From: Bacteroidales bacterium
GTDB taxonomy: Bacteria > Bacteroidota > Bacteroidia > Bacteroidales > FEN-979
Direction of reading: 5' to 3'
NCBI GenBank assembly: GCA_036796175.1
Contig: DAIRDK010000001.1
Span: 1 to 57,737 of the forward strand
Length of the DNA: 57,737 nucleotides
Below are positions 7,796 to 16,683 of this stretch, one piece after another (position 1 is the stretch's first letter; every line of letters starts with the position of its first letter). A model generated the notes under the pieces. It was given only the letters and a program-made list of their open reading frames with translations. It made no database searches and was not told the DNA's origin. Made by a program: the position numbers and the translations under genes.

Positions 7796-9577
7796 TCAGA
7801 TCCTGAAGCCAATCACTCCACCGATCCACATCTGTTCCCGTGTCCCGGAGTGGTACTGATCATAGAAATTATAGAAGGGAAGGCCCTTGGGATAAGCCTG
7901 TTCGCCTGCATCGGAATAAAAGCAGAAATTAAATGCGGGACCCAGGAATACGGCAAAGTGCCTGGCTGCGCGGAATTCAAAAGCCGGAGCCAGCTTAAGT
8001 TGCGATCCGTACCAGCTCATGGCATGCACCGGGCTGAAGAACATGCTGCCGGCAAAATCGATATTGAATCCTAACCGCTTTCCGATATCGAACATCGTCC
8101 CGATGCCGTATGCAAAATTCAGCAACAGGGAATCATTGGTGCCGGCTTTAAATATGTTGTACAGCTTTTTGGTACCTGTTTTAAAGGCCAGGTTGATATA
8201 GAAGACCTCATCACCCGATACCTCAAATTTCATGTATCCGCCCCGATGGACATAACTGAAAAACCCGACCGGAACCCCGGATGTTACGCGACCCGAGATA
8301 TTGAATACACCCACCTGGACTCCCTTCAACTCTTTCGTATAGTTCAACAGGCCTGCCACCTGCACTCCCCTGTTCTCCTGGTTGGCGATATTGGCCAGGC
8401 CGGCGAGCTGGAGTCCGGTTACGTGTTCCCTCGAAATATTGATCAGTCCTGCGATCTGGGCGCCTTTCCACCGGACCGGTACATAGTTCATCAACCCGGC
8501 GATCTGGGCGCCGCGAACGGTATCCGTCGTCCAGTTGAGAAGCCCTGCCAACTGGCATCCGTAGAAATGACCCATGTCAATATTGAACAGGCCCCCGATT
8601 TGCAGCCCGGAGGTTTTTTTTCCGACGATATTTCCCAATCCCCCGATCTGCAATCCCCTGACATGGTTGCGATCGATGTTCAGCAGTCCGCCCAGTTCGA
8701 ATCCCCTGACGCCCCCTGTGTACCCGACCAGGAGATTCAGTGAGAATGCGCTGTTCACGGAGCCTGAGACTTTCCAGTTCGTACTGAGGAAGGGCACGAG
8801 GGTGAACTGCACCGGCCAGGTGTCGAAAATGTTCAGGTTGATCGAATTGATCCGGAGTTTGCGGGGCACGAAGAAATTCACCACGCCCAGGCTGTCGATC
8901 GTCAGGCCCGGAACCGGCGCGGTAAATGCCACGACTTCTCCTTGCTGGACCGGGATCCGTTCAACCGCTCCAACACGAGGAGAGAGCGCGACCATTACTG
9001 TTTTTGTTTTGACAGGCCGGATGAACACCACCGTATCCCGGTACCCCTGTTTGCTGATGGAGAGTCCGCGCAGGTTCTCCCCGTCAGGGAAGGTCATGCT
9101 GAACTGCCCGCCTGCGTGTGTCAGGGCCGACCGCCTTCCACCCACTTCATACACCGTTGCATCCACAAGGACCCTGCCGGTCACGGCATCGGTAACAAGC
9201 CCTGTAACTATGCATTCGGTCTTTGTAGCAGGCTGCTCTTTCCGCGGGGTGTTCATGACCAGAACAACGTGATCGCCCACCTCCTTTCTGCGGACCCTTT
9301 CACCGAAAAGGTCGGTCAGAACGTCATCAACATGACGGTTATCGGCATGAAGGGTGATCTTGCGGTCCGGATTGATGATGTCGGCATTATATGAAAAGGT
9401 GAAATTCCCTGCTTTGCCGATCGTGGCCAGGGCATCTTCGACAGGTACGGAGTTCAACGAAACCGTGATCTTCCTGGAAAGATATCGTTCCTGGGAAACT
9501 CCATTCAGTGGAAGGAACGCTGAATAAACCAGTACGATCAGCAATACAAGCGCCTTAATTCGTGCATCCTTTTCCAT
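7796..9577 (-). CDS. STN-domain plus carboxypeptidase-regulatory-like-domain outer-membrane protein with a 16-residue repeat array (no recognisable TonB plug or barrel)
   Basis: Signal peptide, then an STN-like segment (ITVSLNSVPVEDALATIGKAGNFTFSY...VDDVLTDLF). A CarboxypepD_reg-like segment follows (IVTGLVTDAVTGRVLVDATVYE). Then come nine G-x-Q-[ILV]-[AG]-G-L-x-N repeats and a ~150-aa beta-rich tail. Confidence 0.75.
   Translation of the reverse strand: MEKDARIKALVLLIVLVYSAFLPLNGVSQERYLSRKITVSLNSVPVEDALATIGKAGNFTFSYNADIINPDRKITLHADNRHVDDVLTDLFGERVRRKEVGDHVVLVMNTPRKEQPATKTECIVTGLVTDAVTGRVLVDATVYEVGGRRSALTHAGGQFSMTFPDGENLRGLSISKQGYRDTVVFIRPVKTKTVMVALSPRVGAVERIPVQQGEVVAFTAPVPGLTIDSLGVVNFFVPRKLRINSINLNIFDTWPVQFTLVPFLSTNWKVSGSVNSAFSLNLLVGYTGGVRGFELGGLLNIDRNHVRGLQIGGLGNIVGKKTSGLQIGGLFNIDMGHFYGCQLAGLLNWTTDTVRGAQIAGLMNYVPVRWKGAQIAGLINISREHVTGLQLAGLANIANQENRGVQVAGLLNYTKELKGVQVGVFNISGRVTSGVPVGFFSYVHRGGYMKFEVSGDEVFYINLAFKTGTKKLYNIFKAGTNDSLLLNFAYGIGTMFDIGKRLGFNIDFAGSMFFSPVHAMSWYGSQLKLAPAFEFRAARHFAVFLGPAFNFCFYSDAGEQAYPKGLPFYNFYDQYHSGTREQMWIGGVIGFRI
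8300..8704 (-). repeat. nine 48-nt (16-aa) coding repeats
   Basis: The motif starts at aa 292, 308, 324, 340, 356, 372, 388, 404 and about 419: GFELGGLLN, GLQIGGLGN, GLQIGGLFN, GCQLAGLLN, GAQIAGLMN, GAQIAGLIN, GLQLAGLAN, GVQVAGLLN, GVQVGVFN. Confidence 0.85.
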
Positions 9578-10562
9578 AGAAGATCCAGTTGGTTCCTTCC
9601 TGTTTTACCTGAAGATCAAAGGAGGCGGCGATCACTTCCAGGATGGTTTGCAGGGATTCATCCCGGAACGTTGCGGTCAGCCTGCAGTTCAGGATCCCGG
9701 GATGACTGGTTTTGATCGCAACTCCAAAGTGTCCTTCCAGTATTTTAAAGACCTCTGCCAGTTCCGTTTGCCTGAATTCAAGGGTCCCGTCAAGCCAGAA
9801 TAATTGATCCGCCCTGGGTTCTTCCACCTGTCGGGGCTGCCTCGATCCCGAAGGCAAAACACCCCTCATCCCGGCAGAAAGCAGCACCGATAGCGTGTCC
9901 CCGGTTGCAGGATCGATCGCAAATAATCTTACAAGTCCCTGTTCAACAGACACTTCTATATCCGAGCCCGCATAGGCTTTCACATCGAATGCCGTGCCCA
10001 TGACCTTCACGAATGCATTACCGGCCTCCACTACGAAAGGATGCCGTTGATCGTGTCTGACATCAAAGAATGCCTCGCCGGTCAGCCTGACACGTCTCTC
10101 TTTCTTTCCGAACTTCTCCGGGTAAGCCAGGCGGCTTGCCTTATTCAGCGAAACATGTGTTCCGTCGGGCAAGGAATCCCTGACCACCCCGGTTGTCGAA
10201 GCGATCTCCATCATCTTTGGCGGCGCCAGGATCAGCTTCGCGGCCAGGTAGATGCCGAAGCTGACCAGGAGGATTGCCGCGACGGTCCAAACATAACGCA
10301 GGGAACGTGTCTGAGATACCCGTTCGTTCCCGGAGATCCTTTCCAGCATGCGGTCCCAAGCCGCATCCACATCCACCGGCACCGGTGCCGGGATCAGCCG
10401 GCCCGCCTCCAGCCACAATTTCTCAAGCCGGTCGAGATACTGGCGATGGGCATCATCCGAATGAAGCCATTCCGTGATCTTCCTGCTCTCCTCCTCCCCG
10501 GTCCTTCCGAGAAGAAAATCCAGCAGTACCGTTTCCTCAAATGGATTGTAGATGTTCTCCAT
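9555..10562 (-). CDS. FecR-family anti-sigma factor (FecR plus DUF4974-like C-terminus)
   Basis: Cytoplasmic N-terminus, a single TM (YVWTVAAILLVSFGIYLAA), a FecR middle region, and a C-terminal LEFRQTELAEVFKILEGHFGV segment. The start is taken at MENIY. Its 3' end overlaps the STN gene start by 23 nt. Confidence 0.85.
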   Translation of the reverse strand: MENIYNPFEETVLLDFLLGRTGEEESRKITEWLHSDDAHRQYLDRLEKLWLEAGRLIPAPVPVDVDAAWDRMLERISGNERVSQTRSLRYVWTVAAILLVSFGIYLAAKLILAPPKMMEIASTTGVVRDSLPDGTHVSLNKASRLAYPEKFGKKERRVRLTGEAFFDVRHDQRHPFVVEAGNAFVKVMGTAFDVKAYAGSDIEVSVEQGLVRLFAIDPATGDTLSVLLSAGMRGVLPSGSRQPRQVEEPRADQLFWLDGTLEFRQTELAEVFKILEGHFGVAIKTSHPGILNCRLTATFRDESLQTILEVIAASFDLQVKQEGTNWIFYGKGCTN

Positions 10563-10625
10563 GTTCCTCCTACAGTACAATGACAACCGGCCGGCGGTAC
10601 ACCCCTATCGACGTGCGCTTTATTT

Positions 10626-11207
10626 TCATTGATCCCGGAACAGGTGAAAGAAAAACAGGACCAGCCAGGGAAGGTAGTCGGCCAGTTCGATCCGGAGCGT
10701 ACGGAGTGCGCTGCTCATCTGATTCTCCACGGTCTTGACCGAGATCCCCAGGTGCGCCGCGATCTCGGCATAGGTCATCCCTTCATAACGGCTCAGGATG
10801 AATACTTTCTTTCGCTCCAGCGGGAGACTGTCTACGGCCTCCCGGATCTTTCGCTCCAGTTCCGAGACGATCATCTCATCCTCCTTCGACCGCTGCAGTT
10901 CCTGTATCTGTGCTTCCCGGGCAGCTCTGAATTCTTCCCTGACATTCATGTGCTTGAGCAGGTTCAGGCAACTGTTCCGGACGGCCCGGAACAGGTAGCT
11001 TTTCGCGGAGGTGCCGAACACGATCCGCTCCCGGTTGATCCAGAGCTTGAACATCACCTCCTGGACGATCTCTTCCGAGGTATCCACGTCTTTGACAAAA
11101 TGATTGGCATACGCGCAAAGCGTGCTGTAGTGCCCGCGGAACAGGAACTCAAAATCGGTTCTCGTCCGGATGCGGTCGATCGGTTCTGTTGCAGCAACCT
11201 GTTCCAA
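10626..11207 (-). CDS. ECF-type RNA polymerase sigma-70 factor
   Basis: 193 aa with a region 2 (EEIVQEVMFKLW) and a region 4 HTH (YEGMTYAEIAAHLGISVKTVENQM). Confidence 0.9.
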   Translation of the reverse strand: MEQVAATEPIDRIRTRTDFEFLFRGHYSTLCAYANHFVKDVDTSEEIVQEVMFKLWINRERIVFGTSAKSYLFRAVRNSCLNLLKHMNVREEFRAAREAQIQELQRSKEDEMIVSELERKIREAVDSLPLERKKVFILSRYEGMTYAEIAAHLGISVKTVENQMSSALRTLRIELADYLPWLVLFFFHLFRDQ

Positions 11208-11229
11208 TCCTTGTTGTGATGGTAAAGGG

Positions 11230-11237
11230 CAAATATA
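11230..11237 (-). promoter_or_regulatory. TATATTTG (-7 box) upstream of the ECF sigma gene
   Basis: Matches the Bacteroidota TAnnTTTG consensus, about 22 nt upstream of the ATG at 11207. Confidence 0.25.
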
Positions 11238-11291
11238 GAGAAATTATCCGGCGGCTTTTTTTTCTGATCCATACTAAAATGTTGTCATTAT

Positions 11292-13301
11292 ATGTTTTAT
11301 TTGCAGAAGATCTTTACGCCCGGACTGCTGATGCGCCCATTGTTCAACTCTTTTCCCCGGATTCTGGTTTTCTTTTCAGGGATCCTGATCACGTTATCCT
11401 CTTTGCACGGGCAGAATCCCTATTATGCCGTCCGGGAGGGGCAGGAGCTCCTTCGTGACGGGAAGTTCGTCGAAGCCCTCGATATGATGAACCTCTCGAT
11501 CATGAAGAATCCATCCGTTCCGGAACTATATTACCTCAGGGGGTTCGCCAAGTTCAGCCTGGACGACTACCTGGGAGCGGAGCAGGATTATTCGAGGGCG
11601 CTGGAGATCTCCCCGGCCATGACCGATGTACTGGTCAACCGTTCGAATGTCCGAAGCCTGCTGATGAATTTCAACGGGGCTTACGCCGATCTGACCAAGG
11701 CGCAGCAGATCGACAGCACCAATGTGGGGATATACATCAGCCTGGCGAAACTGAAGCTTTATCTGAAGAAATATTATGGATGCATCGGGGATTGCCGGAC
11801 GGCGATCCGGCTCGGGTGCGAGGATGAAAGCCCCTGGCTCCTGAAAGGAACGGCCGAATGGAGCCTGGAACGGTTTGACGAAGCCGCTGCCGATTTCCGG
11901 AAAGCGATGCAGATCAACCCCCGGAACGCCTATCCCCTGATCCAGATGGGGTCGATGTTCCTGGAACGGGAACAGCCGGACTCGGCGATCGATTACCTTT
12001 CCCGGGCGATCGCCATGGATACCAACAACCTGTATGCGGTCTTCAACCGGTCGCTGGCCCGGATTAAAAACAAGGACCTGGACGGCGCACTCCAGGACCT
12101 CGATAAAGTGATCAGGCTCTCACCTTATAATTCCTATGCTTATTTTAACCGCGCCCTGGTGCTTTATGAGAAAGGCGACAAGAGCGGCGCCGTGAAGGAC
12201 CTGGGTATTGTGATCAAGCTGAATCCACAGCATGTCACTTCGTATTTTTATCGCGGATCGATCCGTGCCGAGCTGAAAGATTACGCCGGTGCGCTGGAAG
12301 ACCTAAACAAAGCGATTGCACTCTATGACGACAACGCCGATGCCTATATGGCCCGGTCGGAGGTCAAATCAAGATTGAAGGACCAGGCCGGTGCGATGAA
12401 GGATTATCAGAGAGCCATGGAGATCTCGGAAAAGGACCCGTTGCATCCTGAAAAAATTTCGGAGGAGAAAAAAAGCTACCTGGAAAGCATTGTCAGGATG
12501 ACGGGAGATTTTGAGGAGATGAACACGGCGGGAAGCAAGTTTCAGAATCAGGTCATTGAGATCCAGCTTCGGGATATTTACTATTACTTTCCCGGCAAAG
12601 CCCCGTTCGAGTTGATCCGTCTTTACGACACATACGGAAAACTGCACTACCCGGGCAACATCATTGCCCTGGCGAACCAGCCCGGGATCTGGAAAGATTC
12701 GGCTTACCTGGCGGAGATCGACAGGGAGAGCGTGCGGATCGAAACCGGCCGCGACTTGCTGCCATCCATGATGAGGAGGGCGACCTCTTTTGCAATCCTC
12801 CAGAAATACAACCAGGCTTTTACCGATATCGATTCGATCCTGGCGACGGATTCCTCGTATGTGCTGGCCTGGTTTATGCGGGGCGTGGCACGCTACGGAC
12901 TGATCCGGCTGATCCGTTCCCTGGAAGATTACGGCGACCAGATCACCATCGGCAGGAGCAATTCCGGGCTGAAGGACCAGGTCGTGACGGAAGACCCCGA
13001 ACATACGTTCGCCAAGGTGGCCGGTGATCTCAGCCGGGCCATCACGCTGGACACCGGGTTTTATTTCGCTTATTATAACCGGGGCGTCGTATATTGTTCG
13101 ATGGGCGAATACCGCAAGGCGGCCGATGATTTTACCACGGCGATCGGCATTCATTCCAACTTCCCCGAGGCCTATTACAACCGAGGACTGATCTACATCC
13201 TGTTGAACGAAACGATCCGGGGCTGCGAAGACCTCAGCCGGGCAGGCGAACTCGGGATCCCAGATGCCTACCGGGTCATCAAACGGTATTGTTATAAATA
13301 A
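11292..13301 (+). CDS. tetratricopeptide-repeat protein with an N-terminal signal or TM segment
   Basis: 669 aa with many 34-residue TPR units (AYFNRALVLYEKGDKSGAVKDL and similar) at both ends. Confidence 0.8.
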   Translation: MFYLQKIFTPGLLMRPLFNSFPRILVFFSGILITLSSLHGQNPYYAVREGQELLRDGKFVEALDMMNLSIMKNPSVPELYYLRGFAKFSLDDYLGAEQDYSRALEISPAMTDVLVNRSNVRSLLMNFNGAYADLTKAQQIDSTNVGIYISLAKLKLYLKKYYGCIGDCRTAIRLGCEDESPWLLKGTAEWSLERFDEAAADFRKAMQINPRNAYPLIQMGSMFLEREQPDSAIDYLSRAIAMDTNNLYAVFNRSLARIKNKDLDGALQDLDKVIRLSPYNSYAYFNRALVLYEKGDKSGAVKDLGIVIKLNPQHVTSYFYRGSIRAELKDYAGALEDLNKAIALYDDNADAYMARSEVKSRLKDQAGAMKDYQRAMEISEKDPLHPEKISEEKKSYLESIVRMTGDFEEMNTAGSKFQNQVIEIQLRDIYYYFPGKAPFELIRLYDTYGKLHYPGNIIALANQPGIWKDSAYLAEIDRESVRIETGRDLLPSMMRRATSFAILQKYNQAFTDIDSILATDSSYVLAWFMRGVARYGLIRLIRSLEDYGDQITIGRSNSGLKDQVVTEDPEHTFAKVAGDLSRAITLDTGFYFAYYNRGVVYCSMGEYRKAADDFTTAIGIHSNFPEAYYNRGLIYILLNETIRGCEDLSRAGELGIPDAYRVIKRYCYK

Positions 13302-13339
13302 CCTTATTTTCGTTATTTTGCATCCGTAATCCGATCCCT

Positions 13340-14548
13340 ATGAAACTTACAGAAGTTAAGGACATGGCAGGGCGCAAGGCGTTCCTGGATGTTCCCAGGA
13401 TCCTGTATGCACAGGATGAAAACTGGGTGTGCCCACTCGATTCAGAAATCGAAGACATTTTTGATCCGGAGCAGAACAAGCTGTTCAGGGACGGGGATGC
13501 CATCCGCTGGGTACTGGAGGATGATCATGGAACACTGATCGGAAGGGTAGCCGCTTTTTATAACAAAGATAAGGCCGCAAAGCTCGAACAACCTACGGGA
13601 GGACTCGGGTTCTTTGAATGCATCAACGACCGGGCTGCGGCCTTCCTGCTGTTTGATGCCTGCAAAGAGTGGCTGAAGGGGAAAGGCATGGAGGCGATGG
13701 ACGGGCCCATTACCTTCGGCGAGAATTTGGTCAACTGGGGCCTGCTGATCGAAGGCTTCACCATGCCCACCTACGGGATGCCGTATAACTTCCCGTATTA
13801 CCGCGATCTTTTCGAAGCATATGGTTTCAGGACCTATTTCGAGCAGTTTTCCTATGAGAAAGACCTGTCCAAACCCTTTCCCGAGCGGCAGGTCAAATTC
13901 TCCATGCATCTGAAGGACAAATACCAGGTTGAACATTTCTCGTTTAAACACAAGGAAAAATACCTGAACGACATCTGCACGATCTATAACAAGGTGTGGG
14001 CCGATTTTCACGAGGACTACACGCCGATGGAGTACCGCGACATCGAGCAGATCATGAAGAAGGCGAAAGCCATCATCAACGAGGAGTTCATCTGGTTCGT
14101 GTACGACAACGGGATCCCTGCCGCCCTGGTGGTGGTCTTCCCCGATGTCAACCAGATCCTGAAGAAACTGGGCAACGGCAAGCTGAACTTCATCAATATC
14201 CTGAAATTCCTCTGGCACAAGCATACCGGCACCATTACGCGGGCCCGGCAGCTGCTCACGGCGGTGACTCCCGAATATCAGCGGTCAGGCGTTACCGGGC
14301 TGCTGTTCCTCACGATGGTGGATGCCCTGATCAAAAACAAGATCAAGATCCTCGACATGTCGTGGGTTGGCGATTACAACATCACCGTGAACAAGATCTA
14401 CCGGCTGCTTGACCTCCCGGTTGTGAGAAAACACGTCACGTTGCGCTACATGTTCGATCCCTCGAAAGAAGTGGTGCGGTTTACGAATGTACACACGGAG
14501 AAGTACAAGAGGGTGATCGGGGAGGAGGAAAAGCCAATTAATAATTAA
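13340..14548 (+). CDS. conserved hypothetical, GNAT-like acyltransferase fold suspected
   Basis: 402 aa. The N-terminus (FLDVPRILYAQDENWVCPL...FDPEQNKLF) resembles a family usually annotated as GNAT N-acetyltransferase in Bacteroidota. This is from memory only. Confidence 0.5.
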   Translation: MKLTEVKDMAGRKAFLDVPRILYAQDENWVCPLDSEIEDIFDPEQNKLFRDGDAIRWVLEDDHGTLIGRVAAFYNKDKAAKLEQPTGGLGFFECINDRAAAFLLFDACKEWLKGKGMEAMDGPITFGENLVNWGLLIEGFTMPTYGMPYNFPYYRDLFEAYGFRTYFEQFSYEKDLSKPFPERQVKFSMHLKDKYQVEHFSFKHKEKYLNDICTIYNKVWADFHEDYTPMEYRDIEQIMKKAKAIINEEFIWFVYDNGIPAALVVVFPDVNQILKKLGNGKLNFINILKFLWHKHTGTITRARQLLTAVTPEYQRSGVTGLLFLTMVDALIKNKIKILDMSWVGDYNITVNKIYRLLDLPVVRKHVTLRYMFDPSKEVVRFTNVHTEKYKRVIGEEEKPINN

Positions 14549-14608
14549 TGATCAATAAGGAAGAATTTAACTTCATTCCTCAATCTTCTTTGCGCGTAGC
14601 GCACCTTG

Positions 14609-14682
14609 TGGAGTATAGGGGAGTCGAACCCCTGACCTCTGCATTGCGAACGCAGCGCTCTGGCCAACTGAGCTAATACCCC
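14609..14682 (-). tRNA. tRNA-Ala (anticodon CGC)
   Basis: Folded by hand: acceptor GGGGTAT/ATACTCC with G3:U70, D-arm GCTC/GAGC, anticodon stem CTGCG/TGCAG with loop TTCGCAA, and T-arm GGGGTTCGACTCCCC. CCA is not encoded. Confidence 0.93.
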
Positions 14683-14688
14683 GAGGGG

Positions 14689-14696
14689 CAAAGGTA
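14689..14696 (-). promoter_or_regulatory. TACCTTTG (-7 box) 6 nt upstream of the tRNA-Ala 5' end
   Basis: Exact TAnnTTTG match. An ATTG lies 19 nt upstream, inside the heptamer array. Confidence 0.4.
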
Positions 14697-14701
14697 TAAA
14701 A

Positions 14702-14724
14702 CAATGAGCAATGAGCAATGAGCA
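14702..14724. repeat. three tandem heptamers CAATGAG
   Basis: Read directly. The array lies in the spacer of the putative tRNA-Ala promoter. Confidence 0.9.
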
Positions 14725-14829
14725 TTTTTTGCTTATAGGCATGCATTTGTCCATACATCTGTCGCTTTTACCGATTTATTTTCCATATCTTTATGGTTCA
14801 AAGTAAATTGAGCCCTAAAATCCAATGCC

Positions 14830-16677
14830 ATGAAAAAGATCTTACTCCTGTTATGCATGCTGATTCCCGCGATGGCGGGAATGACGCAGGTTGCTCCGAA
14901 GTACCTGTTCCGCCCCGGCGACAAACCGGTTTTACATCCACAGAGGGGTATCAGCGATATTACACCCGGGCAGCAGTTACCCAATGGGACGGTCAACACG
15001 CGGTCGGTCATGGAAGATCCCGTACTGGGAATGACTTTGTATGACCTTCAGACCAACGCATCCACCCAAAACCGGATATATCTATTTCCCGACGGTACGA
15101 TCGGCGCCACGTTCATCATGGCCCATACTGCCGATTATGCCGACCGGGGAACCGGGTATAACTATTTTGACGGGACCGCATGGGATCCGCAGCCGGTTAC
15201 CCGGATCGAGGCCGTCAAGACCGGCTGGCCTTCGTATGCTCGCTACGGTACCGACGGTGAGATCGTTGCCAGCCACCGGTTCGCCACATTCCCCATGCGA
15301 ATCCTGACCCGGGCCACCAAAGGCACAGGCGCCTGGACCGAAACCACGCTCGACATGCCCGCGGGGGCCGCCGGGATCGACTGGCCACGGATGGTAACCA
15401 ACGGCCCGGACCATATGAACATTCACATCATTGCGCTCACCCCGCCGACAGCAAGCGGAGGTAATGTGTACCAGGGACTCGACGGGGCTATTGTATACAA
15501 CCGGTCGCTCGACGGCGGGATTACCTGGGACGGCTGGCAGATCCTCGACGGGATGACTTCGACCGACTACCTGGGTTTTTCAGCCGACTCTTACGCCTGG
15601 GCGGATCCCAGGGGTGATACGCTCTGCTTCGTGGTCGGGAACAACTGGTATGACCAGTTCATCATGAAATCGACAGATAACGGCTCGACATGGACAAAAA
15701 CAATCATCTGGCCCTCCCCGTTCAACTTCTGGGCCGGGGGAGATACCACCGGGACATTTAACTGTCCGGACGGTTCCAGTGCCGTTGCCCTGGATAAAAA
15801 CGGCAAAGCTCATGTGTTATTCGGTTTTATGCGAGCCAACGGTGATGAAGGAGGGAATAAGTACTGGTACCCGTGGACCGACGGACTGATCTACTGGAAC
15901 GAAGACAAACCCGAACTGCCGCAGGAACTGGATCCGGTTTGGCTTGAAGAGAACGGATACATTGTAGGATGGGTCCAGGATACGAATGTGTGGTATGCCC
16001 AATCCACCCAGCTGGCTTATTATTATATGTCGATGAGCAGTATGCCCCAGATCGCGACCGACCAGGAAGGTAACGTGCTTGCCTTGTGGACGGGAGTTAC
16101 GATGCTGACCGATCCCGACAGTTACCTGCTCAGGCATATTTTCACCCGGACATCTTACGACGGCGGGGATACCTGGGCGGAAGAGATCCCGGATATCACG
16201 GGTGATTTCCTCTATACCTGGACCGAATGTGCGTTCCCGTCCCTGTCGCCGACCAGCGATGCATTCTGGCATCTCGAATTCCAGGGGGATGACTATGCCG
16301 GAGCGTTTGTTCAGACACCCACACAGGGACAAGGATCCACTACAGACAATTCGATCATCTACCTGAAAAGCTACAAATACCCGATCGGCATGGAAGAGAA
16401 AGGCGACCGGAACAGGAACATGGTCGTCCTGAATGGAAACTACCCGAATCCTGCAGCCGACCGTACAACCATCAACCTGACTCTGACAAGGACTGCAACC
16501 CTGAGGATCGAGATCCTTTCCCTGCTCGGGCAACCGGTCAGGACGATCGATCTCGGGAATCTGAGTGCGGGATCGCATCCGGTTGTAGTTGATCTTTCCG
16601 GGCTAAGCCGGGGAATATACCAATACAGTATCGTTGCCGGGGATGACCGGGCGACGGGGAAACTGATCAAGGAATAG
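14830..16677 (+). CDS. BNR/Asp-box repeat protein (sialidase-like beta-propeller) with a T9SS C-terminal sorting domain
   Basis: Signal peptide, Asp-boxes (SLDGGITW, STDNGSTW, SYDGGDTW), and a C-terminal ~80-aa Por/T9SS-type tail (NYPNPAADRTTINLTL...GIYQYSIV). Confidence 0.75.
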   Translation: MKKILLLLCMLIPAMAGMTQVAPKYLFRPGDKPVLHPQRGISDITPGQQLPNGTVNTRSVMEDPVLGMTLYDLQTNASTQNRIYLFPDGTIGATFIMAHTADYADRGTGYNYFDGTAWDPQPVTRIEAVKTGWPSYARYGTDGEIVASHRFATFPMRILTRATKGTGAWTETTLDMPAGAAGIDWPRMVTNGPDHMNIHIIALTPPTASGGNVYQGLDGAIVYNRSLDGGITWDGWQILDGMTSTDYLGFSADSYAWADPRGDTLCFVVGNNWYDQFIMKSTDNGSTWTKTIIWPSPFNFWAGGDTTGTFNCPDGSSAVALDKNGKAHVLFGFMRANGDEGGNKYWYPWTDGLIYWNEDKPELPQELDPVWLEENGYIVGWVQDTNVWYAQSTQLAYYYMSMSSMPQIATDQEGNVLALWTGVTMLTDPDSYLLRHIFTRTSYDGGDTWAEEIPDITGDFLYTWTECAFPSLSPTSDAFWHLEFQGDDYAGAFVQTPTQGQGSTTDNSIIYLKSYKYPIGMEEKGDRNRNMVVLNGNYPNPAADRTTINLTLTRTATLRIEILSLLGQPVRTIDLGNLSAGSHPVVVDLSGLSRGIYQYSIVAGDDRATGKLIKE

Positions 16678-16683
16678 GGAGCC

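Noticed and set aside
14545-14758. ORFs of 61-69 aa overlapping tRNA-Ala, and the 67-aa ORF at 37606-37809 overlapping tRNA-Lys.
   Set aside because: They are read through well-folded tRNA genes. The peptide LVEQLTLNQWVPGSNPGG is the familiar translation artefact of a tRNA T-arm.
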